A stretch of 63,744 bases of DNA, filler included, from Candidatus Lindowbacteria bacterium RIFCSPLOWO2_12_FULL_62_27 (GTDB taxonomy: Bacteria > Lindowbacteria > 2-12-FULL-62-27): assembly GCA_001784175.1 (NCBI GenBank). It is 3 parts of 3 records of this genome, joined end to end, with 100 filler letters (N's around TTAATTAATTAA, not from the genome) between each part and the next. Parts side by side here need not be neighbours in the genome. Positions count along the whole stretch, not along the records: positions 24,919 to 49,351 come from MFPR01000021.1; positions 49,452 to 63,744 come from MFPR01000029.1; 1 more part is not named here. One strand, written 5' to 3'. Under the pieces are notes generated by a model. That model saw nothing but the letters and a program-made list of their open reading frames with translations, had not been told where the DNA came from and did not search any database. This document shows, piece by piece, positions 45,987 to 55,000 of the stretch (within the stretch, counting starts at the first letter, position 1; each line of letters starts with the position of its first letter). Position numbers and translations under genes: made by a program.

Positions 45987-47219
45987 TTACGACGACTTCC
46001 GCACCGCCAGATACACCGGCGTCCAGAACGAATACGCAGGCTGCGGGATCCCTTCCACCCACGGCGTCACGCGCACTCGCCCCTCCGTCGCGCCGTTCGG
46101 AAACACCACGTTCGCGTCGAAATGCTCCACCAAAAACAGAACCTCGATCCGGCCGCCGCGCACCCACTCCGCCGCGCCGCCCACGAAGTTCTGGTCCACT
46201 GTGTCGTTCTGGAATCCGTAGGCGTCCACCCACAGCACCGTGTAGATGAACGAGTCGCCGTTCGGCGTCGCCGGGATCGACGTGTCCGTGAACGTCGTCG
46301 CCGCGCTGTAGTAGGACCCGCCCGGCCGGTACGGCGAATAGAACGTGTCGCCCATCACCTGGTTCACGACGGTGTCCTCGAACTTCAGGAGCGTGGGCAT
46401 CGTCGTGTCCGAACTCCAGCCCGACGGCAACCGCGCGCGCAGAATCCGGAATCCGTACGGGTTGTACGCCGACTGCGTGTCGAACTCCTTCGCGCCCTCC
46501 ACCGACGGCACGAGTTCGTCCCCGGTCGTGAGCTTCAGTTGCCAACTGATCTTGACCGCGGTGTCCGACGTCTGAGTGGCCGACACGCCGTAGTTGTTGT
46601 TGCCGCCCAAATCGGTCGTGTCGCCGTTTCCGCTCGAACTTACGTCCGTCGTTCCCAGATACTGCGCCAAATCCGGGTTCTCCTTCGTCAGCCAGGAATC
46701 CCCGGATACCGGCGTGCCCTGCTTGCCCGTCACGTCCGGGTCGCCAAACCGGTTGTAGAACACATAGCCGTTCGACGCGCTCGCCGGCACCGTGATCGTC
46801 CGCTGCTGGCTCTGGTCCTGCGCGCGGTTCTGGTCGTTGCCCGCGTTCTTCCACGCGTACGTCTTCTGCGTGTCCGTATACACCGTCGTCGAATCGAAAA
46901 CCGGAATCCGGTACTCGAACCAGTACGCGTAGGTCGCGCCGGCCACGAGGATCGCCGTACACGTCCACGACCCATCCCCCACCGGGCGCATGGGAAGCGC
47001 GCACGACCGGGCCGCGTTGCTGCCCGCAACGGTCTCGGCATTCGACGGACACGGATACGTGCCCGTTTCGAACACAATCGCCTTCGAAAAATCCGCAAAG
47101 CCTCCCTTCTGATACCCGGCCACCGTCATCGCCTCGGCGCGGTCTCCAACCACCGCCAGAAGCCCGACGATCGCCACGGCAAACACCGCCGTCGCTAACA
47201 TCCAACTCGCTGCTTTCAT
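45987..47219 (-). CDS. Secreted protein, tandem paralog 2
   Basis: MKAASWMLATAVFAVAIVGL signal peptide, and highly similar to paralog 3. Confidence 0.88.
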   Translation of the reverse strand: MKAASWMLATAVFAVAIVGLLAVVGDRAEAMTVAGYQKGGFADFSKAIVFETGTYPCPSNAETVAGSNAARSCALPMRPVGDGSWTCTAILVAGATYAYWFEYRIPVFDSTTVYTDTQKTYAWKNAGNDQNRAQDQSQQRTITVPASASNGYVFYNRFGDPDVTGKQGTPVSGDSWLTKENPDLAQYLGTTDVSSSGNGDTTDLGGNNNYGVSATQTSDTAVKISWQLKLTTGDELVPSVEGAKEFDTQSAYNPYGFRILRARLPSGWSSDTTMPTLLKFEDTVVNQVMGDTFYSPYRPGGSYYSAATTFTDTSIPATPNGDSFIYTVLWVDAYGFQNDTVDQNFVGGAAEWVRGGRIEVLFLVEHFDANVVFPNGATEGRVRVTPWVEGIPQPAYSFWTPVYLAVRKSS

Positions 47220-47320
47220 CTGCCTTTCACCTCACTCTGTTTTCACGGACCGCCTTTCGCTGTCCGCCCGTCGCTTCAACTCAACTCAACTCAACACATC
47301 TATGCTCACCCTCCACCGCT

Positions 47321-47436
47321 CCCCCCTCTCCCCGCAGGGGGAGAGGGTTGGGGTGAGGGGGTTCTCGCGCTCCTGTACACTTCCTGCCTCACATATGAGT
47401 CCGTCAGTCCGCGGTCCTTCAGACCCGGACCTCGTT
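47321..47436 (-). repeat. Composite intergenic repeat, copy 2 (lacks the long hairpin)
   Basis: The palindrome at 47321-47361 and the block GTACAC...GGACCTCGTT at 47375-47436 are shared with copies 1 and 3. Confidence 0.8.
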
Positions 47437-47463
47437 CACCTCGCCATCCTCATGCCTCAGGCC

Positions 47464-48702
47464 TTACGACGACTTCCGCACCGCCAGATAGACCGGCGTC
47501 CAGAACGAATACGCAGGCTGCGGAATGCCCCCAACCCACGGCGTCACGCGCACACGGCCTTCCGTCGCGCCGTCCGGAAACACCACGCTTGCGTCGAAAT
47601 GCTCCACCAGAAACAACACATCGATCCGGCCGCCCCGCACCCACTCGGCCGACCCGCCCGTGAAATTCTGGTCCCCTGTGTCGTTCTGGAATCCGTAGGC
47701 GTCCACCCACAGCACCGTGTAGATGAACGAGTCGCCGTTCGGCGTCGCCGGGATCGACGTGTCCGTGAACGTCGTCGCTGCGCTGTAGTAGGACCCGCCC
47801 GGCCGGGACGGCGAATAGAGCGTGTCGCCCATCACCTTGTTCACCACCGTGTCCTCAAACGTCAGGTGGGCCGGCATCGTCGTGTCCGAACTCCAGCCCG
47901 CAGGCAGCCGCGCCCGCAGGATGCGGAACCCGTACGGGTTGTACGCCGACTGCGTGTCGAACTCCTTCGCGCCCTCCACCGACGGCACGATGTCGTCGCT
48001 GCCCGTGATCTTCAGTTGCCAGCTGATTTTCACTTCTGAATCCGAAACCTGGGTCGCCGACACGCCGTAGTTGTTGTTGCCGCCCAAATCGGTCGTGTCG
48101 TTGTTTCCGCTCGAACTCACATCCGCCGTCCCGAGGTACTGCGCCAAGTCCGGGTTCGCGATCGACAACATCGTGTCCACCCAGTCCGTGTCCGACGATC
48201 CCTGCTTGCCCGTCACGTCCGGGTCGCCGAACCGGTTGTAGAACACATAGCCGTTCGACGCGCTGGCCGGCACCGTGATCGTCCGCTGCGTGTTCTGATC
48301 CTGCGAACGGGTTGAACCGGCACCTACGGTCATGTTCCTCCACACGTACGTCTTCTGCGTGTCCGTATAGACCGTCGTCGAGTCGAACAGCGGAATCCGA
48401 TACTCGAACCAGTACGCATAGGTGGCGCCGGCAACCACGGTCGCCGTGCACACCCACGAGCCGTCTCCCACGGGGCGCATCGGAACTGCGCACGTCCGTA
48501 CGTTGTTGTTGCTCCCCTGGATCGTCTCCGCGTTCACCGGACACGGATACGTCGTCGTGTCAAACACAATCGCCTTCGAAAAATCGGCAAACCCTCCCTT
48601 CTGATACCCGGCCACCGTCATGGCGTCGGCGCTTATCACCCAAAGCCCGACGATCGCCACGGCAAACACCGCCGTCGCCAACATCCAACTCGCTGCTTTC
48701 AT
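47464..48702 (-). CDS. Secreted protein, tandem paralog 3
   Basis: Same signal peptide and C-terminus (PQPAYSFWTPVYLAVRKSS) as paralog 2. Confidence 0.88.
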   Translation of the reverse strand: MKAASWMLATAVFAVAIVGLWVISADAMTVAGYQKGGFADFSKAIVFDTTTYPCPVNAETIQGSNNNVRTCAVPMRPVGDGSWVCTATVVAGATYAYWFEYRIPLFDSTTVYTDTQKTYVWRNMTVGAGSTRSQDQNTQRTITVPASASNGYVFYNRFGDPDVTGKQGSSDTDWVDTMLSIANPDLAQYLGTADVSSSGNNDTTDLGGNNNYGVSATQVSDSEVKISWQLKITGSDDIVPSVEGAKEFDTQSAYNPYGFRILRARLPAGWSSDTTMPAHLTFEDTVVNKVMGDTLYSPSRPGGSYYSAATTFTDTSIPATPNGDSFIYTVLWVDAYGFQNDTGDQNFTGGSAEWVRGGRIDVLFLVEHFDASVVFPDGATEGRVRVTPWVGGIPQPAYSFWTPVYLAVRKSS

Positions 48703-48785
48703 CTGCCTTTCACCTCACTCTATTGTCGCGGACCGCTTCCAGATGTCCGCGCTTCGCTTCAACTCATCTATACTCACCCTCTCCT

Positions 48786-49022
48786 CCCCCCTCTCCCCCG
48801 CAGGGGAGAGGGTTGGGGTGAGGGGGTTCTCCCGCGCTCTCCCCGACGTTCCTCCCTAACTCCCCGGAGGGGACCTCCAACCCTTCCCCTCCGGANNNNN
48901 NNNNNNCCCCTCCGGAGAGGGAGGGAAGGGAGGAACGCCGGGAAGAGCACAGGCCAAAGCCGTACACTCCCTGCTCACGTATGAGTCCGTCAGTCCGCGG
49001 TCCTCAGACCTCGGACCTCGTT
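48786..49022 (-). repeat. Composite intergenic repeat, copy 3
   Basis: Matches copy 1 across a short N gap. Confidence 0.8.
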
Positions 49023-49088
49023 TCCTTACTCCCTACTCACCACGCCTCACTCAGTACTCATCACCTCTCCATCCTCATGCCTCAGGCC

Positions 49089-49351
49089 TTACGACGTCTT
49101 CCTCACCGCCATGTACACCGGCGTCCAGAACGAATACGCAGGCTGCGGCACGCCCGACACCCACGGCGTCACCCGCACTCGCCCCTCCGACGCGCCATCC
49201 GGAAACACCACGCCCGGCTCGAAATGCTCCACCAAAAACAACACGTCCGTCCGGTTCCCCCGCACCCATTCCGCCGACCCGCCGCTGAAGTTCTGCGCCG
49301 CCGAGTCGTTCGTGTTCCCGTACGCGTCCACCCACAACACCGTGTACACGT
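49089..49351 (-). CDS. Secreted protein, tandem paralog 4 (only the C-terminus is present)
   Basis: YTVLWVDAYG...VLFLVEHF...PQPAYSFWTPVYMAVRKTS, cut by the contig end. Confidence 0.85.
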
Positions 49352-49395
49352 NNNNNNNNNNNNNNNNNNNNNNNNNNNNNNNNNNNNNNNNNNNN

Positions 49396-49407
49396 TTAAT
49401 TAATTAA
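49396..49407. other. Artificial contig linker
   Basis: TTAATTAATTAA within an N run. Confidence 0.95.
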
Positions 49408-49452
49408 NNNNNNNNNNNNNNNNNNNNNNNNNNNNNNNNNNNNNNNNNNNNT

Positions 49453-50454
49453 TCCGGTGAATTGTGGAACACCGCTCGGAAAAATATGAACGTCTCGACC
49501 GCGTTCGGCCAGAACATCACAAAGGCGAGCGACAATTCGGTGAAGAGCGCAATCAACAACCAGAACTACCAGCTCTCGACATCGAGCGGCCGCCACACCT
49601 TCTCGACGTTCTACCGCTACCAGATCACGCAGGAAAAGACGGCGGCGACGGGCGACAGGCGAAACGCAAGCAACGGACTCACGTACGGCCTGAAAGAGAT
49701 TCCGTGGAAAGTGTTCCTGTATCCGCAGAAGCCGTTCTCGACCGACCTCACGCTGAACGCGACGCGCACGCGCGACAAATCCATCGACGCCGCGGGCCGG
49801 TCTCATCAGCGGCAGTATGGAGTCGGCGCGCAGACGAAAGTGAACGACGACGAGCGGCTCAATATCGACTACACCCTCGGCCTCACGGACAACGACAACG
49901 TCAACAGCGACATCCGGACGATGAACTGGAAGTGCGCGTACGTTGTGCAGAAGTTCATTCAGGAGGACGGCAGTTTTACGGTGTCCTATTCGTCCAACAA
50001 GACCGAGGAAGAGGTCACAACCCAGAACTACCGCGAAGCGGTCTGGCGCGCGGACGCGGCGCTGAAATGGGGCGGCCCGGCGCCGGAGGCGGTGGCGGCG
50101 AGGGACGCGGCGGAAGGCGCGGTGAAAGATATCCTGGCCGTGTACGCGGAGGAGGACATCCTGAAATTCATGCAGTTGGTCAGCCCGAGCTTCAAAGGCG
50201 ACCGCATCGCCTTCGAGAACCATGCGCGCACGACGTTCGACCGCGTGGACGCGATCAAGTACGAGGGCGTGTGGGCGTCGAGTTTTGTTCCGGGCGACAA
50301 CGTGATTGAGATCACCTTCCGATGGCAACGCCGCTGGCGCGTGTACGCGACGGGCGCCGAGGAGACGGCGACGGGCGTCGCGCTGTTCCGGCTTGAGAAG
50401 TCGGGCGACAAGTGGCTGATTCAGGAGATACGAGAGACCTCGCCGTTGTTCTAA
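49453..50454 (+). CDS. C-terminal half of an outer-membrane beta-barrel with a terminal NTF2/SnoaL-like domain (continues 62450-63744)
   Basis: Open from the contig start (SGELWNTARKN...), with beta strands then AVKDILAVYAEEDILKFMQLVSPSF...KWLIQEI...PLF. Confidence 0.8.
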   Translation, partial: SGELWNTARKNMNVSTAFGQNITKASDNSVKSAINNQNYQLSTSSGRHTFSTFYRYQITQEKTAATGDRRNASNGLTYGLKEIPWKVFLYPQKPFSTDLTLNATRTRDKSIDAAGRSHQRQYGVGAQTKVNDDERLNIDYTLGLTDNDNVNSDIRTMNWKCAYVVQKFIQEDGSFTVSYSSNKTEEEVTTQNYREAVWRADAALKWGGPAPEAVAARDAAEGAVKDILAVYAEEDILKFMQLVSPSFKGDRIAFENHARTTFDRVDAIKYEGVWASSFVPGDNVIEITFRWQRRWRVYATGAEETATGVALFRLEKSGDKWLIQEIRETSPLF

Positions 50455-51656
50455 CCGCGTTGAGTCCCGAGAAATGTTCGAATATCGACGGCCCTGACCT
50501 GACGGGTCAGGGCGATGGATTCCTCAACAGGCGCAACGATAAAAGCCGGCATGCGTCGTGGCTCCTTCGACAAGGCGATGAACTGTTCCAACGCCGCGGC
50601 CATTACCGGGCGGGGGTGTGAAGACAGTTTACATTCGACAGCGGTCAATCTGCCGTCCCGCTCGATCAGAATGTCCACTTCGTGGCCGCCGGAGGAACGC
50701 CAGAAATACAGATTCGGCCGGTATCCCTGATGCAGGTGCGTCTTCAGAATTTCCTGCACGACAAAATTCTCGTATGCGGCCCCGGCCATGGGGCCTTGAA
50801 GCAGATGTTCGGCCGTCCGGATTCCGGCCAGATGAAGCGCGAGACCCACATCGACAAAATAGAGTTTGGGACTCCGAATGATCCGCTTGCCGAAGTTTCG
50901 GTGATACGGCGGCAGCAAAAATACGATGTGGCTTGCCTCCAGAACGGATGTCCACGACCGGATGGTCGGCCCGGAAACTCCAAGTTCCTGCGAGAAATGG
51001 CTCATGTTGAATATTTGTCCGATCCGCGCGGCCGCCAGGACCATGAACCGCCGGAAGTCGCGAAGATTTCCGATATTGTGGAGTCCCCGAACGTCCCGTT
51101 CAAGATAGGTCGCGATATACCCCTCAAACCAGGCTTCGGCATCCAGACCGCGCATCACAGCCGGTCGAGGGTAGGCGCCCTTCAGACAGCGCGACAAAAA
51201 AAATGTCCGGGCCGAAGCTGGGCGTTCTTTGGTCGGCCACTCGGTTGCGTCAAAGGGCATGAGATTCAAAATGGAGACGCGGCCGGCAAGCGTTTCAGCG
51301 AGGCCGCGCATCATCTGAAACTGTTGAGAGCCGGACAGCACATATTGGCCGGGCCGTTGCCGGGCCTGGTCCACGCGGTGTTTGATGACAGGCAGAAGCG
51401 CCGGCAGATTTTGGATCTCGTCGATCACCGCCGGTGTCCCCAAATTCTCCAAAAATAATTCCGGATCCGCCTCCGCGCGGGAAAGCACGGAGGGCAGTTC
51501 CAGCGACACAGTCCGGGCCTTCCTCCCGGGCACCCGCTCAAGCATGGTCGATTTCCCTGACTGCCGGGGTCCCGTGACCGCCACCACCGGAAACTGCGCC
51601 ATCCGGCGTCTCAACGTCTCCTCCTCCGCCCTGCGCACATACCGGAATTTCGCCAT
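50451..51656 (-). CDS. AAA_14/DUF4143 family ATP-binding protein
   Basis: VTGPRQSGKST, IDEIQ, YVLSGSQ, ETLAGR, TYLERDV, SPKLYFVDVGL, FWRSSGGHEVD and AVECK. Confidence 0.92.
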   Translation of the reverse strand: MAKFRYVRRAEEETLRRRMAQFPVVAVTGPRQSGKSTMLERVPGRKARTVSLELPSVLSRAEADPELFLENLGTPAVIDEIQNLPALLPVIKHRVDQARQRPGQYVLSGSQQFQMMRGLAETLAGRVSILNLMPFDATEWPTKERPASARTFFLSRCLKGAYPRPAVMRGLDAEAWFEGYIATYLERDVRGLHNIGNLRDFRRFMVLAAARIGQIFNMSHFSQELGVSGPTIRSWTSVLEASHIVFLLPPYHRNFGKRIIRSPKLYFVDVGLALHLAGIRTAEHLLQGPMAGAAYENFVVQEILKTHLHQGYRPNLYFWRSSGGHEVDILIERDGRLTAVECKLSSHPRPVMAAALEQFIALSKEPRRMPAFIVAPVEESIALTRQVRAVDIRTFLGTQRG

Positions 51657-51766
51657 GACCAACCGATACCACATTCCCCGAGATTATGCAAGATTAAATC
51701 AACACTTTAAATTTACATATTTGGTATAGGTCAGTCTTCAATCGGAGAGATTCCGGCGTCAAGCGA

Positions 51767-51896
51767 GAACGTGTGAAAAAATGTCGCCATGTGTCATTTC
51801 GAGCGCAGCGAGAAATCTTAACTCGCTGAGATTCAAGAAAGATTTCTCGGCGCTACGCGCCTCGAAATGACAGCCGATGGATTTTTTCACACGTTC
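51767..51896. mobile_element. MITE-like element: 16-bp terminal inverted repeats enclosing a REP-like palindrome
   Basis: GAACGTGTGAAAAAAT / ATTTTTTCACACGTTC, with inner TGTCATTTCGAGCGCAGCGAGAAATCT ... AGATTTCTCG...CTCGAAATGACA. Confidence 0.7.
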
Positions 51897-51926
51897 CGAC
51901 CGATTACCCGCGCATCAAATTTGTCC

Positions 51927-51956
51927 TTGACCCCCCCCCCCCCCAGGATTTAGACT
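51927..51956 (+). promoter_or_regulatory. Sigma70-like promoter with a C14 tract in the spacer
   Basis: TTGACC (51927-51932), 18 nt, TAGACT (51951-51956). C14 lies at 51931-51944, about 90 nt upstream of ATG 52048. Confidence 0.6.
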
Positions 51957-52047
51957 CCCCTGTGATTTTCCGATTTACTGATCCTGACGTATTGCCTCCA
52001 TGGGATGTGTCGTGGTCAATACTGCTGATTGACGAAAGGGGGGTCTC

Positions 52048-55000
52048 ATGGAAATGGGCGAGGCGACGAACGGCGGCGGTTTATCCTCAGCCTGCGGGTT
52101 TCGTATACCCACACATCTCTCGCGCTCCCTCTGTGCGCCCGTCTCCCTGTTTCTGATTTTCACGTTCGCTGTTGCCTGTTGCCTGTTCCCTGTTGCCTCT
52201 CCGTCCGCCCACGCCGCCGAAATTCTGAAGGGTACGCTCGCCGATGTTCGGGGCGACGTCAAAATCCGGCGCGTGGGATCGACGCTCGAAAGCCCGGCGG
52301 CCTCCGGCGCGCGCGTCGAACCCGGCGACGCCGTCATCACCGGGGCCTCCGGTCGCGCGGCCATCCGGTTTGAGCAGGGCGACATCGAAATCGACAACGC
52401 CACGCGCCTTACGATTCTTCGGAGCATGTCGAGCCGAAGCGAGGCATTCAGTGAAATCGCGCTCTCGGACGGGTCTGTCACGGCTGTTGTTAATATGGAG
52501 AGGGAGAAAGAGCTTTGGTTTGACATCTTCACGCCCACCCAGCGTTCGCGCGGCCAATCCCACAAAAAAAATGTGACCCGTCTGACGGTCTCGCACCGCG
52601 CGGGCGGAACGACCGTCACGGACAGCGAAGTCGGCCGGTGGGAATATCAGCCTCTCATCCTGACGGACCAGCCGGCGGCGGTTCAGGCTGCGCTGACGAA
52701 CAACGCCCAAGCGTCGGCCCTGCTCAAAGATTATCTCACGACCGCCTTGAGCGACTCATCGATCCGCGCCTACGAAGTCCAGTCGAACGCGGGCGCGCCG
52801 GATATCAGCAATGTCGGGGCGCCGAAAAACACTGCGCCGCCCACGATCAGCGGCAAAATCAAAATTGGCCAGACGATTACGTACGACCCGGGCGCGTGGT
52901 CGGGCAAACCGTCGCCGACGTTCACGTACCAGTGGCTTATCGACGGAAAAGAAATCACCGGCGCGACAGCGCCTACCTACACCATTTTGGAGTCGGACGG
53001 CAATCACAAAATATCGTGCCGCGTCATTGCGACAAATTCGAATGGCTCGACCTCCGCGACGACGGCCGAGGTGGTCGTCGAGGTCGAAAAACCGTCCTCG
53101 ACCGCCGCGCCGTCGATCAGAGGAAGGGCCAGGATAGGCAAATCGGTCAAATGCGATGCGGGCGCGTGGGCCGGCGATCCGACGATCCTCTACCAGTACC
53201 AGTGGGTTCTGGACGGCAAGAACATTTTGGAGGCGACCGATCCGTTTTACATCATCGACGTGGAAGACGGCTTTCATAACCTGTCCTGCCTGGTCACCGC
53301 GTCGAACGGCGGCGGCCGGACCGCCGCGTCGTCCAAGGAGGTCCGGGTCGAAATCATCAAGCCATCGAACACCGCCCCGCCGGCCGTTGTCGGCAGTACG
53401 AAATTTGGCGGTAAACTTGGCTGTATTCCGGGCAAATGGTTCGGCGATCCGAAATTGGATTGGAAAGTGCGGTGGCTTCGGGACGGCAAGGAAATTGCCG
53501 GCGCGTCTGGCATGGCGTACACCGTGGCGGAATCGGACGGCGGCCGCAAACTTACCTGCGAATTAATTTTCTCGAACAAAGCCGGCAGCGCGTCAGCCGC
53601 CGCGCCGGAAGTCGAAATCCCCATCGACCCGCCCCTGCCGATCGTCCCGCCGCAGATCGACGGCGCCGGGCGCATCGGCGCGAAACTGACGTGCAAGCCG
53701 GGGCAGTGGGACGGTTTTCCGACGATTCAATACGCCTATCAGTGGCTCCGCAACGGCGTCGAAATTCCGGGCGCGACCGGCGAAGTCTACGCCGTCACGG
53801 AGGCCGACGGCCTTCACAAGATCTCCTGCCGCGTCACGGCCACGAACAAGGCCGGACCGGTTTCGAGTGCCACAGATGAGATCGATATCGAGGTGATCCC
53901 GCCGAAAAACACGAAGCCGCCGGTCATCGCCGGCGTTTCGAAAATCGGCGAGAACCTGACATGCGCGCCGGGCGAATGGACCGGCGATCCGACGATCACT
54001 TACGCGTATCAGTGGTTCCGGGGCGAACAGGAAATTATCGGCGCCACAGATGGCGCCGCCCCCGCCGTCAGCGCAACCATGGATGGCGGAGCCGGAAGCG
54101 GGGGCGGCGCGACAGGGCCGGCCTACAAGGTCGTTCTTGCGGACGCGCTCCATCCGCTAGTCTGCCGCGTGACGGCCGCGAACAAGGGCGGGCAGGCTTC
54201 GATGTCGGCCATGATTCAGAGCGACGTCCACCCGCCTGAAAACAAGCGGCCGCCGGCCGTCACCGGCGCTCCGAAAATCGGCGGGAACCTGACGTGCGCT
54301 CCGGGCGAATGGACCGGCGATCCCGTGATCGCATACGCGTATCAGTGGCTCCGTGGCGACCAGGAAATTTCCGGCGCGACGATGCCGGCCTACACGCTCG
54401 TCGATGAGGACGCGTTCCAGTCGCTGACCTGCCGCGTGACGGCCCGCAGCCCATTCGGGAAAATGTCGTTGACCGCCGCGCCCGTCCTTGTCGATGTCGC
54501 CAAACTTTCGAACGTCCACCGCCCGGCCGTTTCCGGCGACGCGAGCGCCGGCGCGACTCTGACCTGCTCGACCGGCAAATGGTCCGGCGATCCGATCATC
54601 AGGTACGCCCACCAGTGGCTGATGGAAGACCAGGAAATCCCGGGCGCGACCGCCGCCTCGCTCTTGCTCGGACCGGAACACTCGATCCGGAAAATCGTCT
54701 GTCGCGTCACTGCGTCGAACGCTGCCGGCCCGGTCGCGGCGGTCAGCGATCCAGTCTTGGTGAAACCCCGGTATGAAGTCAGCGGGATCGCGACCTACAA
54801 AACCCTGTTCGTCGTCGGCGACGAATCCATAGTCGACGGCGAAATTTCCGTCAACAATCCCGCCAAACTCGCCCTTCCCTTCACCGTCGATTTGACGGTG
54901 ACGGATCCCGCCGGAAATGAGATCGCGAAGGTTTCGGGCATTCCCGGCGCGGCTTCGAATCGCGCGGCGCTGGTCGTCCCGTACGGATTCAAGCTGCCGG

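Noticed and set aside
47276-47295. (TCAAC)4 in the leader of paralog 2 versus a single unit in paralog 3
   Set aside because: Real, but no promoter elements could be placed around it, so no functional claim is supportable.
44420-49351. Diversity-generating retroelement acting on the paralog array
   Set aside because: There is no reverse transcriptase in the window, and the differences include indels and are not evidently adenine-restricted.
50491-50513. 9-bp hairpin GCCCTGACC/GGTCAGGGC downstream of the barrel gene (similar short palindrome at 11235-11249)
   Set aside because: No U-tract, it lies in coding DNA, and it is plausible by chance at this GC content or from facing stop codons.
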